DNA from: Planctomycetota bacterium
GTDB lineage: Bacteria; Planctomycetota; Planctomycetia; Pirellulales; PLA5
Reading direction: 5' to 3'
NCBI GenBank assembly: GCA_003576845.1
Contig: QEVJ01000001.1
Coordinates: 92,537-156,536, forward strand
Length of the DNA stretch: 64,000 bases
Position 1 is the first letter of the stretch, and each line of letters begins with the position of its first letter. Under the pieces are notes generated by a model. That model made no database searches, was not told the origin of the DNA, and was given only the letters and a program-made list of their open reading frames with translations. Shown here piece after piece: positions 16,072 to 27,184 of the stretch. The position numbers were made by a program, and so were the translations under genes.

Positions 16072-19000
16072 ATGAATCTCGGTGAATCGTTAGTCGATCT
16101 GGTCGTCGCCGCAGGGTTGCCGCCCGTCGAAACCAACCCGCGAAACGTCTCCGAACAAGCCCCCGGCAAGCGAGCGACCGGCCATCTCGGCAAGAAGCGC
16201 CGGCCGCGGGCCCGCCTCGCGTTCGAACCGCTCGAAATTCGTAACGTCCTGAGCGGATCGGGGATTCTCTCCGGCGGTTCGTCGACGTGGTTCCAGACGG
16301 TGCAGCCGTTCGCTCACCTCGAAAACGGCGGCGGATATACGGCGAGCGAAACGGGCGGCGAGGGCGACGCGTCCATCGGCGCCGGCACAGGAAACCTCAC
16401 CGACACGTACGACTGGATCGTCAACTTTAGCGCGGGTGCCGTCGCCGGCATGACGAGCGTCGCCGACACGCTCGCACTGTTTGGCGAGGGCATCGAAGTC
16501 GAGGTGTTACAAGGGCTGGGCCTCGTGGGACAAGTTCTCGTTCGTACCCGCAACGCCGACGTCCTCACCGTCGGCGAATGGCTGGCGTCCAATAGCCTCA
16601 TCGCCGGCTTCGAGCAAGACATCGTCCGCGTCCTGCAAGCCACACCGAACGACACCAGCTACGGCTCGGGCGCGCTTTACGCTCTGCACAACACCGGCCA
16701 AAGCGGCGGCACGAACGACGCCGACATCGACGCGCCAGAGGCCTGGGACATCACCACCGGATCGAGCAGCATCGTCGTCGGCGTGATCGACACGGGCATC
16801 GACTATACGCATCCCGACCTCGCCGCCAACATGTGGACGAACCCCGGCGAGATCGCGGGCAACGGCATCGACGACGACGGCAACGGTTTCGTCGACGACA
16901 TTCACGGCTACGACTTCTTCAACGAAGACGCCGATCCGATGGACGACCACAGCCACGGCACTCACGTCGCGGGCACGATCGGCGCCGTCGGCAACAACGG
17001 CCAGGGCGTCGTCGGCGTCGCCTGGAACGTCAAGCTCATGGCCCTCAAGTTCATGGGTTCCGGCGGCAGCGGGTACACGTCCGATGCCGTGCGGGCCGTC
17101 AACTATGCGACGATGATGCGGAACACCTACGGCGTCAACGTTCGCGTGCTCTCCAATAGTTGGGGCTCGGGCAGCTATAGCTATTCGCTCGAATCGGCAA
17201 TCACCGCCAGCAACACGGCCGGCATTCTGTTCGTCGCGGCGGCCGGCAACGACACGACCGACAACGACACGACCCCGCACTATCCGTCGAACTACAATCT
17301 GGCGAACGTAATCGCAGTCGCGGCGACGGACCGCAACGACGCGTTGGCCGGTTACAGCAACTGGGGCGACACGACCGTTCACCTTGGAGCGCCCGGCTCG
17401 TCGATCTACAGCACGATGCCCGGCGGCGGGTATGGATATAAATCCGGCACGAGCATGGCAACGCCCCACGTCGCCGGCGCGGCAGTATTGGCCTGGGCTT
17501 ACAACGCGAACTTGACCGTCGCTCAGGTAAAGGCTGCGATTCTCAACTCCGTGGACGCCTTGTCGTCGCTATCGGGAAAGACGATCACCGGCGGGCGGTT
17601 GAACGTCCACGCCATGCTCCAGTCGCTCGACACGGGCGGCGGCGGTTCCAATTTCCAATACAGCGGCAACACGCTGACCGTCCAAGGGACGAGCGGCGCG
17701 GACTCGTTCGAGTTCGTCCACGGCAACGGCGGCAACCACACCGTCATCTACGACGGCCAGTCCACCAGTGTCGACCACACCGTCATTTCGATCGTCCGCT
17801 TCGAAGGCGGCGGAGGCAATGATTCCGCCATCGTTCGCGGCTCGAACGGCGTCGATACCGCCACGCTCAACGTCGGCGGCGGAAACATGGGCGGCGTCGG
17901 CTGGAGCGTCGTCATGGTCAGCATCGAAACGATCGACCTCTACGGTGGCGCCGGCGACACGGCTACGCTCAACGACTCCACCGGCAACGACACGCTCACG
18001 GCGTATTACAACCTCGTGACGCTCTCCGGCTCCGGTTACACCAACCGCGCTCGGTCGTTCGCCGCCGTGTATGCCGTCGCCAACACGGGCACGGACACCG
18101 CCACGCTTCACGACTCCTCGGGAAGCGACACGGCCGTCGCTCAATCGACCTTCGCCTACGTTTACGGCACGGGCTATCTGAATCACGTCACCCGCTTCGA
18201 CAGCGTCACGTTCAACGCCACGACCGGCGCCGACATCATCTACATGTACGACTCGACCGGCAACGACACGTTCACCGGCCGGCACAACACGGCCACGTTC
18301 GCCGGCAGCGGCTGGAGCAACACGGCCAACGGCTTCGACAACGTCTACGCCAACGCCAATCAAGGCGGCACGGACACGGCAAACCTGTACGACACGAGCG
18401 GCGACGACACGTTCGTGTTCACGAGCGGCCACGCCTACATCGTCGGCGCGACGGGACAGTTCAACCTCGCCGAGAACTTCGAGACTGTGTACGCCTTTGC
18501 GCAAAACGGCGGCGTCGACACGGCGCACGTCTTCGACTCGACCGGCAACGACACGTTCCGGGCCTACGAGGCGTATGCCGAAATGACCGGCTCCGGAAAA
18601 TATGGTCAGGCCAACGGCTGGGACCGCGTTTACGGCCGAGCCGAAAGCGGCGGCAACGATACGGCCTACCTCTACGACACCTCGGCCGCCGACTCGTTCG
18701 TCATGCTCTCGACGCATTCCTACGTGGCGTGGTCGACGTATCTCAATTCGGCGCGGGGTTTCGACAGCGTGTATGCCGTGTCGTCGAACGGCGGCGCCGA
18801 CGTCGTGCGGTTCTTCGACTCCACCGGCAACGATACCTTCACCGGCACGAGCACTTATTCGCTCATGACCGGCACGGGCTTTTATAACCACGCGACCGGT
18901 TTCACCACGGCTTACGCCCGCGCTCAGAACGGCGGCGTCGACACGGCGACGCTCAACGGCTCGACCGGCAACGACTCGTTCGTCGCCCGGCAAAGCAGCG

Positions 19001-19560
19001 TTTATCTGCGCAATTCGGTCTATCACCACGAGGTCTGGGGCTTCGAAAACGTCTACGGCGTCGCCACGCAAGGCGGTTACGACGAAGCCTATCTGTTCGA
19101 CACGACGGGCGACGATGCGTTCGTCGGCCGCAAGGACTACAGCTATCTCGCCGGCAGTGGCTTGCTGCATCACGCGACCGGCTTCGACTATGTCTACTCG
19201 TCGTCGGCCAACGGCGGCAACGATACCGCCGCGTTCTACGACACCAGCGGCAACGAAGATTTCACCGCCGGCACGGACTACGCCTACATGGTCGGGTCCG
19301 GTTTTACGAATAACACGAACGGCTATCGCACCGTGCGGGCCGAATGCACGACCGGAACCGATCGGGCGTTTCTCTACGACGCCACTGGAAACGACGCGCT
19401 CAATGCCAGCGGAAACACGGCCACGCTGACCAGCAACGGCCGATCGATCACGGCCGTCAAATTCGACCGCGTTCGCGCCGACGGGAACGCCGGCGGCACG
19501 AACAGCGCAACGCAAGCGTCGATCGACTTCGTGCTCGAAAAGGTCGGCAGTTGGAGCTAG
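16072..19560 (+). CDS. Secreted subtilisin-family (S8) serine peptidase with long C-terminal tandem-repeat region
   Basis: Track ORF of 1162 aa. It has the N-terminal RLAFEPLEIRNVLS motif and S8 triad contexts VGVIDTGIDYTHPDL / HGTHVAGTIGA / GTSMATPHVAGAA. About 12 repeats follow. Confidence 0.9.
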   Translation: MNLGESLVDLVVAAGLPPVETNPRNVSEQAPGKRATGHLGKKRRPRARLAFEPLEIRNVLSGSGILSGGSSTWFQTVQPFAHLENGGGYTASETGGEGDASIGAGTGNLTDTYDWIVNFSAGAVAGMTSVADTLALFGEGIEVEVLQGLGLVGQVLVRTRNADVLTVGEWLASNSLIAGFEQDIVRVLQATPNDTSYGSGALYALHNTGQSGGTNDADIDAPEAWDITTGSSSIVVGVIDTGIDYTHPDLAANMWTNPGEIAGNGIDDDGNGFVDDIHGYDFFNEDADPMDDHSHGTHVAGTIGAVGNNGQGVVGVAWNVKLMALKFMGSGGSGYTSDAVRAVNYATMMRNTYGVNVRVLSNSWGSGSYSYSLESAITASNTAGILFVAAAGNDTTDNDTTPHYPSNYNLANVIAVAATDRNDALAGYSNWGDTTVHLGAPGSSIYSTMPGGGYGYKSGTSMATPHVAGAAVLAWAYNANLTVAQVKAAILNSVDALSSLSGKTITGGRLNVHAMLQSLDTGGGGSNFQYSGNTLTVQGTSGADSFEFVHGNGGNHTVIYDGQSTSVDHTVISIVRFEGGGGNDSAIVRGSNGVDTATLNVGGGNMGGVGWSVVMVSIETIDLYGGAGDTATLNDSTGNDTLTAYYNLVTLSGSGYTNRARSFAAVYAVANTGTDTATLHDSSGSDTAVAQSTFAYVYGTGYLNHVTRFDSVTFNATTGADIIYMYDSTGNDTFTGRHNTATFAGSGWSNTANGFDNVYANANQGGTDTANLYDTSGDDTFVFTSGHAYIVGATGQFNLAENFETVYAFAQNGGVDTAHVFDSTGNDTFRAYEAYAEMTGSGKYGQANGWDRVYGRAESGGNDTAYLYDTSAADSFVMLSTHSYVAWSTYLNSARGFDSVYAVSSNGGADVVRFFDSTGNDTFTGTSTYSLMTGTGFYNHATGFTTAYARAQNGGVDTATLNGSTGNDSFVARQSSVYLRNSVYHHEVWGFENVYGVATQGGYDEAYLFDTTGDDAFVGRKDYSYLAGSGLLHHATGFDYVYSSSANGGNDTAAFYDTSGNEDFTAGTDYAYMVGSGFTNNTNGYRTVRAECTTGTDRAFLYDATGNDALNASGNTATLTSNGRSITAVKFDRVRADGNAGGTNSATQASIDFVLEKVGSWS
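17821..19506 (+). repeat. About 12 tandem coding repeats of 46-48 aa (about 141 nt) inside the S8 peptidase gene
   Basis: Repeat units follow the pattern TAxLxDSTGNDTFxxxxxxxxxxGxGxxNxAxGFDxVYAxAxxGGxD. Examples are TANLYDTSGDDTFVFTSGHAYIVGATGQFNLAENFETVYAFAQNGGVD and TAHVFDSTGNDTFRAYEAYAEMTGSGKYGQANGWDRVYGRAESGGND. Confidence 0.8.
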
Positions 19561-20159
19561 CGCGCGAGTTCGTCCGCAGGCACGGCGCGGAGCGAACCGG
19601 CCGGCGTCGGAATGGCGCGCCACAGAAGCGCTTCGTCGGCGAACGGCCCGATCGCTGCATCCTTCGCCGAACGATCGGCTTCTGGCGACGTCGGTACGAA
19701 GATCGAGTGAACGGCACTCGCTTCGGCGCCCGTTTCGTCGCCCGATGCGTGAGCCGTCCGGTCGGGAGCAGCTACGGGCGCGCTTTGGGCAGCCGGCGGG
19801 CTTGCGGACGCGGGCTTTTCCTCCGACGGATTCGCGCTTTCCGCCGCAGCTTCCGGCGGCGCAAGCAGCACGGCCAATTCCTCGGCCGGAATCGGCGCGA
19901 ACACCGGCCGCGTGGGCACCGGATGGAAGCGCGGATGCGGCGCAACCGCCGGTTCTTCCGCGAAGTGATCCGCACATTTCGCCTGAAACGCGGCCAACCG
20001 ACCGGCAAGCGGGCGCCGATGCAACAGGGGTTCACGAGCCGGCTCTGGCTCCGCTTCGCATGCCGCATCGCAGCAGATCGAGCGGCAGCCGGCGGCGGAC
20101 ACCAGCGCACACGCGACCGCCGCAAACAGGCGAGCACGGCGGTAGGAGGATCGTGGCAT
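19557..20159 (-). CDS. Putative lipoprotein, Pro/Ala-rich, 200 aa
   Basis: Internal ATG (20159) of track ORF 19557-20258. MPRSSYRRARLFAAVACALVSAAGC is a signal peptide plus lipobox (SAAG-C). Third codon positions in this frame are G/C-rich. Its stop overlaps the S8 gene stop by 4 nt. Confidence 0.5.
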   Translation of the reverse strand: MPRSSYRRARLFAAVACALVSAAGCRSICCDAACEAEPEPAREPLLHRRPLAGRLAAFQAKCADHFAEEPAVAPHPRFHPVPTRPVFAPIPAEELAVLLAPPEAAAESANPSEEKPASASPPAAQSAPVAAPDRTAHASGDETGAEASAVHSIFVPTSPEADRSAKDAAIGPFADEALLWRAIPTPAGSLRAVPADELAR

Positions 20160-20442
20160 CGCGATGGATGCGGCGGCACGGGTGAATGATGTCGCGTCGC
20201 GCCGCCGGCGAGAAACGCGGGTGCGCACGTGGCCCTGACTATCGGCAGCCGCCCCCACGGGGCTTGAGCAGAAGGACTGGCGTTTGCGGCGGAAATCCCA
20301 CTTCGTCTACTCCGCAGAGGCGTGCTAGCGCGGCCTTCGCGCGAAGTGTGGCGCAGTGGTACACTTCGCGGCCAGTCGCGCCGGTTCCGGAGTGAGTCGG
20401 CTCGCGGTGTCCCGATTATCCCGAGCAACCCGAGCGAATTCG

Positions 20443-21243
20443 ATGGAAGCCGCACTCGCCTTGTTCACGCTGACGGTCATGGAGATCGTTCTCGGCATCG
20501 ACAACATCGTGTTCATCGCGATTCTGGTCGATCGGTTGCCGGCTCATTTGCGCGATCGCGGCCGCAAGATGGGGCTAGGATTGGCCCTCGTCGCGAGGCT
20601 GATCTTGCTATCGACGCTATCGTGGATTCTGCAAGCCGACGAACCGTTCCTGTATCTCAGCGACCTGGGCCTGGGCCGACTCGGACTCGGCGGCGATTGG
20701 TTGACCGACGAGATCGACGGCATTTCCGTCCGCGACCTGATTCTCCTCGGCGGCGGGCTGTTCCTGTTGGCCAAGAGCGTCCACGAAGTCCATGCCAAGA
20801 TCGAAGGCCATGCCGAACACAAGCAAGCCGCGGCCCATCCGAGCTTTGCCGGCGTCCTCGTCCAAATCGCCCTGATCGACATCGTATTCTCGCTCGACTC
20901 GGTCATCACGGCGGTCGGCATGGCGAAAGACTTGTGGGTGATGATCGTGGCCGTCATCCTCGCGATCGGCGTGATGCTCGTGTTCAGCGCGAAGATCAGC
21001 GAGTTCGTGAGCCGCCACCCGACGCTCAAAATTCTCGCCCTGTCGTTCCTGATCCTGATCGGCGTGATGCTGATCGCCGAGGGCCTGGGCACGCACATCA
21101 ACAAAGGCTACATCTACTTCGCGATGACCTTCGCCGTGGCGGTCGAGATGGTGAACCTGAAGACCCGCGGCAGCGGCGGGCACAAGCTGGTCGACGAAGA
21201 ACTGGGCGCAAAGAAGCTCGCCCAGGTTTCGGCCGGGAAGTGA
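20443..21243 (+). CDS. TerC-family integral membrane protein
   Basis: Internal ATG of track ORF 20356-21243. MEAALALFTLTVMEIVLGIDNIVFIAILV... and the second half SLDSVITAVGM are the duplicated TerC signature (LxxDNxxFIA / SxDSxxA). Confidence 0.85.
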   Translation: MEAALALFTLTVMEIVLGIDNIVFIAILVDRLPAHLRDRGRKMGLGLALVARLILLSTLSWILQADEPFLYLSDLGLGRLGLGGDWLTDEIDGISVRDLILLGGGLFLLAKSVHEVHAKIEGHAEHKQAAAHPSFAGVLVQIALIDIVFSLDSVITAVGMAKDLWVMIVAVILAIGVMLVFSAKISEFVSRHPTLKILALSFLILIGVMLIAEGLGTHINKGYIYFAMTFAVAVEMVNLKTRGSGGHKLVDEELGAKKLAQVSAGK

Positions 21244-21465
21244 TAGACCGTCGCGGGAGTGCCGGTCCGACGGTGTTATGCCCTTCTTGTTTGACGCGGT
21301 TCTGCCAGAACGGTTAGAATGAGGGCGTCAACTTGGGCGGCGATTGCCTTAGGCAACGATCGCCGAGCCAGAATTTGGCGATGCTGGCCTGTGTTCGGTC
21401 CTGCCTCGATCGTCGAGCGCGAATCCCGCCTGCGCTCGATCTACCTGCTTGCGGATCCGGCAACG

Positions 21466-23778
21466 ATGCGCAACGCTCGTCTGCAATTCGCCATTCTCCT
21501 TGCCGCGGCGCTGCTGCATGCGCTCGGCGCGATCGGCACGTCCGAATGCTTTGCCGATGACAAAACGACGCCCGAGGGCCCTGGCGCAGCGATCTATCGC
21601 GACCAGTGCATCTCGTGTCACGGCGAGCAAGGCGAAGGGACGAACGAGTACAAACGCGCTTTGGCCGGCGACCGGTCCGTGGTCGAACTGACAAAGTTCA
21701 TCCACGACACGATGCCCAAGGACTCTGCGGAGGACTGCGTCGGGCCGGACGCCGAGCGGGTGGCGAAGTACATTTACGAGGCGTTCTACTCGAAAGACGC
21801 CCAAGCCCGGCTCCATCCGCCGCGGATCGAGCTGGCGCGGCTCACGGTGCGGCAGTATCGCAACGCCCTGGCCGATCTGATCGGGAGCTTTCGGGACCCC
21901 GGCGAAGCGCCCGCCGAGCGCGGACTCAAGGGCGAGTATTACAAATCGTCGCGGCCGCGGGGACGCGATCGCGAGTTCGAGCGGGTCGATCGGACGATCG
22001 CCTTCGACTTCAAGGATTCGAGTCCCGATCCCGACAAGATCAAGCCCGAGGAGTTTTCCGCGCGGTGGCGGGGCAGCGTGTTCGCCCCCGATACGGGCGA
22101 GTACGAGTTTATCGTCAAGACCGAGAACGGCGCGCGATTGTGGGTCAACGACGACCAGAAGCCGCTCATCGACGCTGGCGTGAAGTCGGGCGACGACCGC
22201 GAGTTCCGGGCGACGATCTGGCTCGTAGGAGGGCGATGGTATCCGCTGCGGCTGGAGTTTCTCAAGTCGAAGGAGCCGACCGCGTCGATTGCGCTCCGGT
22301 GGAAGCCGCCGCACCTGGCGCCGCACGCGATCGATGAGCGCCATCTGTCGACCGCGCACGTTCCGGAAGTCTACGCCTTCGCAACGCCGTTCCCGCCGGA
22401 CGACAAGAGCGTCGGCTACGAGCGCGGGACGTTCGTGTCGAAGGCCTGGGACGCGGCTACGACCGAAGCGGCGATCGAAACGGCTGCCTACGTCGAAGCA
22501 AATCTCCGCGAACTGGCCGGAGCGAGCGACCGCGACGGCGACCGCGATGCACGGCTCCGCGAGTTTTGCCAGAAGTTCGTCGAACGGGCATTTCGCCGGC
22601 CTCTGGCGGATGACGAACGGCGGTTGTACATCGATCGACAGTTCGACGAAGCCGGCAATCCCGGAACGGCCGTCAAGCGGGTCGTGCTGCTCGCGCTCAA
22701 GTCGCCGCGATTCTTGTTTCGCGAGTTGGGAACCGACGAAGTCGACGGGTACGACGTCGCCGAGCGGCTGGCGTTTGGACTGTGGGATTCGCTGCCGGAC
22801 GCGGCGCTGCTCAAAGCTGCCGCCGCGGGCGAGTTGGCCACCCGCGAACAAGTGGCGAGTCACGCCCGGCGGATGGCCGGGGACGAGCGGGCGAAGGCGA
22901 AGCTGCGCGAGTTCCTGTTGTTGTGGCTCCGCGTCGATCAGCCGCTGGAACTGTCGAAAGACAAGGCACTCTTCGCCGATTTCGATGCGGACGTCGCGTC
23001 CGACCTGCGGCGGTCGCTGGAGTTGCTGCTCGACGACGTGATCGAGGGTGAGAAGGCCGATTTCCGTGCGTTGCTCGCGACCGACGAAGTCTGGCTCAAC
23101 GGGCGGCTCGCGAAAGTTTACGGCGCCGAGCTGCCGCCCGACGCCGACTTTACGAAGGTCAAGCTCGACGATGGGCAGCGGGCCGGCGTCGTTTCGCATC
23201 CCTATTTGATGGCGACCTTCGCCTATTCCGCGGCCAGTTCGCCGATTCATCGAGGCGTGTTCGTGTCGCGAAGTCTACTCGGCCGAGCGTTGCGGCAACC
23301 GCCCGAGGCCGTCGCGCCGCTGGCCCCGGACTTGCACCCCGACCTCACCACGCGCGCGCGAACCGTGTTACAAACCAGTCCCGAGGCATGTCAAATGTGT
23401 CACGGGATGATTAACCCGCTGGGATTCGCGCTGGAAAACTTTGACGCCGTCGGCCGATACCGGAAGGAAGAGAAAGGCAAGCCGATCGATGCGGTCGGGC
23501 AGTATCTGACCCGCGAGGGAGACGAGCGAAAGTTTGCCGGTCCGCGAGAGCTTGCCGACTTCCTGCTCGCCAGCGACGAGGCCCGCGAGGCGTTCGCCGA
23601 GCAGTTGTTTCACTACATGGTCCAGCAACCGATTCGAGCCTACGGCAACGAGACCCTGCCGCGGCTCAAGCAGGAGTTCGTACAAAGCGATCACGATATT
23701 CGGGCCGCCTTGGTGGAAATCATGGCGGCGTCGGCGTTACAATCGCGGAAGACGGCGACGGGCGCGGTGAGTAAATGA
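21466..23778 (+). CDS. Planctomycete cytochrome-c / PA14 / DUF1592-DUF1588-family protein
   Basis: Internal ATG of track ORF 21319-23778 (MRNARLQFAILLAAALLHALG signal peptide). It has a CISCHGEQGEG heme-c site and a PA14-like segment (GLKGEYY...FSARWRGSVFAPDTGEYEFIVKTENGARLWVND). The C-terminal CQMCHGMINPLGFALENFDAVGRYR is typical of DUF1588/1585. Confidence 0.85.
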   Translation: MRNARLQFAILLAAALLHALGAIGTSECFADDKTTPEGPGAAIYRDQCISCHGEQGEGTNEYKRALAGDRSVVELTKFIHDTMPKDSAEDCVGPDAERVAKYIYEAFYSKDAQARLHPPRIELARLTVRQYRNALADLIGSFRDPGEAPAERGLKGEYYKSSRPRGRDREFERVDRTIAFDFKDSSPDPDKIKPEEFSARWRGSVFAPDTGEYEFIVKTENGARLWVNDDQKPLIDAGVKSGDDREFRATIWLVGGRWYPLRLEFLKSKEPTASIALRWKPPHLAPHAIDERHLSTAHVPEVYAFATPFPPDDKSVGYERGTFVSKAWDAATTEAAIETAAYVEANLRELAGASDRDGDRDARLREFCQKFVERAFRRPLADDERRLYIDRQFDEAGNPGTAVKRVVLLALKSPRFLFRELGTDEVDGYDVAERLAFGLWDSLPDAALLKAAAAGELATREQVASHARRMAGDERAKAKLREFLLLWLRVDQPLELSKDKALFADFDADVASDLRRSLELLLDDVIEGEKADFRALLATDEVWLNGRLAKVYGAELPPDADFTKVKLDDGQRAGVVSHPYLMATFAYSAASSPIHRGVFVSRSLLGRALRQPPEAVAPLAPDLHPDLTTRARTVLQTSPEACQMCHGMINPLGFALENFDAVGRYRKEEKGKPIDAVGQYLTREGDERKFAGPRELADFLLASDEAREAFAEQLFHYMVQQPIRAYGNETLPRLKQEFVQSDHDIRAALVEIMAASALQSRKTATGAVSK

Positions 23779-23863
23779 AGAATGCAGAATGCGAAATGAA
23801 GAATGAGGGACGCCGTCGTGGCGGTACCACCGACAATTTTTCATTCTTCATTTTGCACTTTGC
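23776..23863. repeat. Palindromic intergenic element with 7-nt word arms
   Basis: The left arm (T)GAAGAAT GCAGAAT GCGAAAT GAAGAAT GA spans 23776-23806 and starts at the stop codon. The right arm TTTTTCATTCTTCATTTTGCACTTTGC spans 23837-23863. It lies between the DUF1592 and DUF1552 genes. Confidence 0.75.
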
Positions 23864-23884
23864 CTTGGCTTAAGGAGCGGTCAC

Positions 23885-25204
<1,320 letters not shown>

Positions 25205-25219
25205 CCGGGGCGTTCAGTT

Positions 25220-26161
25220 TTAGAACGGCTTGACGATCGTCAGCGTGGCGATCGTTCCTTCCGTGCGGTTGCGGGCGTCGAATTCCCACCAGTAGCGGAA
25301 GTGATAGCCAAGCTTGAGCTTGGGCGAGAAGTATTGCACTTCCGGCCCGATGCTGTAGACGCGGTCGTGCGTGTCGACGTAGTCGACGGCGCTGCCCGTG
25401 TCGAGCGTGGTTTGCCACGAGCAATAGCCGGAGACGCCGACATCGAGCGTCTTGCCGACGTTCTTCGAGAAACCCCACTCGAACGAGAAATTGTCGCCGG
25501 CGTTGATGTCCTTGTCGCGCCGCGTGCCGCAGATTTCATAGCGCGAGAGCATCGAGATCGCCCACGTGCGGTCGTCGTCGAAGTAATACGTCCCCGCGGC
25601 GCCGAAGTAATGGGTCCAAAAGCCCTTCCCGGGCAGCGCGGGCCGCTCGTCGTTGCGCTCGGCGGTGGGCGCGAAGAAGCCGTAGAGATAGCCGAAGTCG
25701 TACCGCGGCTTGTGCCATTCGATGACGAACGGTTCGACGTTGATATCGGCGACGCGAAAGGCACTGTCGCGGACGCCGTACGCGCCGATTTCGAGGTCGA
25801 TGCCGACGAGCGGCAGCACGGCGTTCCAGGCGAAATCTGCGCCGGCGATCTTGTAGTTCGTGACGTGAATGAAGCGGTGGACGTTGGCGTAGGCGTTGAG
25901 ATCGAAGGCAATGTCGTTGCCGCCCGCAAGAACCGGATCGCCGCTCCGGTCGTTGCTCCGCCGAGCTTCATAGAGCCGGTTGTACATGAGCCAGTAGTGC
26001 CCCGGCGGCGGAACGGTGCCCGCTTTGAGGCCGGATGTGCCGTTGGGGTAGGGCGCGGTTTCTTGAGCCGAAACGCTCGCTGCGAACAGCGCGACTAGGG
26101 CAAACGCGAAGCGCGTGGTCCATCGCGGCGGGCGTCGGTTGATCGCGCGTTGGCGGGGCAT
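25220..26161 (-). CDS. Outer-membrane beta-barrel, MetA-pathway/phenol-degradation-like transporter family
   Basis: Track ORF of 313 aa. It has a signal peptide (TTRFAFALVALFAASVSAQE), an aromatic-rich alternating strand pattern and a terminal Phe (TLTIVKPF). Confidence 0.7.
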   Translation of the reverse strand: MPRQRAINRRPPRWTTRFAFALVALFAASVSAQETAPYPNGTSGLKAGTVPPPGHYWLMYNRLYEARRSNDRSGDPVLAGGNDIAFDLNAYANVHRFIHVTNYKIAGADFAWNAVLPLVGIDLEIGAYGVRDSAFRVADINVEPFVIEWHKPRYDFGYLYGFFAPTAERNDERPALPGKGFWTHYFGAAGTYYFDDDRTWAISMLSRYEICGTRRDKDINAGDNFSFEWGFSKNVGKTLDVGVSGYCSWQTTLDTGSAVDYVDTHDRVYSIGPEVQYFSPKLKLGYHFRYWWEFDARNRTEGTIATLTIVKPF

Positions 26162-26278
26162 CGGTCGAAAGGCTCAGGCGGTCTCGTCAAACGGAGAATC
26201 GGAGCACCGTCGGCGCTTCGTCCAATTCGTGCCGCGCCGCGGTCGGAAGACCGCGGCACGGCCCGAATCGAAGTGCGT

Positions 26279-27184
26279 CTAGAACTTGATCCGCAAGCCA
26301 AACTCGACGCCGTGCGTCCAAGCGCCGTTCGGGTTGAAGACCGGAGCGGCGCCGCTGGCGAACGGCGCCGACGAGAACGTCAGCTCTTCGCCGTGAAAAT
26401 AGCGGTAACCGCAGAAGAAGTCGGTTCGCTCGCCGAGCGGGCGGCTCGCTCCGGCGCGGAATTGATACGCGAATGGCATGTTGCTCGTCGCATTGATCGG
26501 CGTCGTGGCGAATGAACCGCCGACCGTCTGGAAGAAGTCGGGGAACAAGCCGTTGAGGTCGGATTGATAGATGCCGATGCCCGCGCCGAGATACGGCTTC
26601 CAGCACCAGCCGTCGATTTCGATGTCGTGATAGACGTTGAACATGAACGCCTTGAGGTTGACGTTGCCGACGGTGGGGCTGGACAGTCCCGCGGCGCCGG
26701 CCGTTTCGCACTCGTTGTTCATGAACGAGTATTCGGCTTCGATTCGGAACACATCGAAGCGATAGCCGAGCGCGGCGTTGATGGCGAACCCGCCGTCGAA
26801 CTCGATGAAGGTGCGGGCGTCGGCGGATTCGTGAACGCGCTCGCGTTGCTGCCAACCGCCCACGATGCTCACGTACCAGCGATCGCAACCCCGAGGACCA
26901 GCGCAGCCATAGTCGCATGAGTCGCAGCCGCAATCGCCGCTCACGTCGCCGCAAGCGGCGCCATCGGCGGCCGGCGCGGCCGGTTCGTCGGCCACGACGC
27001 TCGAATAGGCCGCCGGCTGCACAGCCGGGAGCCGGAAGTACGCCGGCTCGCCGGGTTGGACGTAAGGCAGCGTAGTTCCGGGATACTCTTGAGCGTTGGC
27101 CAGCGTGCCGGCCGACCCAAGACCCAAGCAACCCAACGCGGCGGCAGCCACCACGCGACCGAACGCGAAACGTGCGCGCACCAT
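26279..27184 (-). CDS. Outer-membrane beta-barrel protein with Cys-rich N-terminal segment
   Basis: Track ORF of 301 aa. It has a signal peptide ending ANAQE and a Cys cluster ACGDVSGDCGCDSCDYGCAGPRGC. An OMP_b-brl-like pattern follows (YVSIVGGW..., AINAALGYRF, RIEAEYSF), ending GVEFGLRIKF. Confidence 0.7.
   Translation of the reverse strand: MVRARFAFGRVVAAAALGCLGLGSAGTLANAQEYPGTTLPYVQPGEPAYFRLPAVQPAAYSSVVADEPAAPAADGAACGDVSGDCGCDSCDYGCAGPRGCDRWYVSIVGGWQQRERVHESADARTFIEFDGGFAINAALGYRFDVFRIEAEYSFMNNECETAGAAGLSSPTVGNVNLKAFMFNVYHDIEIDGWCWKPYLGAGIGIYQSDLNGLFPDFFQTVGGSFATTPINATSNMPFAYQFRAGASRPLGERTDFFCGYRYFHGEELTFSSAPFASGAAPVFNPNGAWTHGVEFGLRIKF

Noticed and set aside
17569-19977. 802-aa minus-strand ORF
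   Set aside because: It is a shadow ORF opposite the S8 peptidase repeat region. It is Arg/Gly/Ala/Val-rich with no recognisable domain, whereas the + strand has clear S8 catalytic motifs and regular repeats.
20160-20442. Possible yybP-ykoY (Mn2+) riboswitch upstream of the TerC-family gene
   Set aside because: TerC/Alx/YkoY genes are classic targets, so I looked for the conserved GGGGAGUAG...GAGACC core. Only a weak GGAGTGAGTC resemblance was found and no convincing four-way-junction pairing. An Infernal scan would be needed to revisit this.
21349-23250. 633-aa minus-strand ORF
   Set aside because: It is antisense to the cytochrome-c/PA14/DUF1592-family gene and has shadow-ORF composition.
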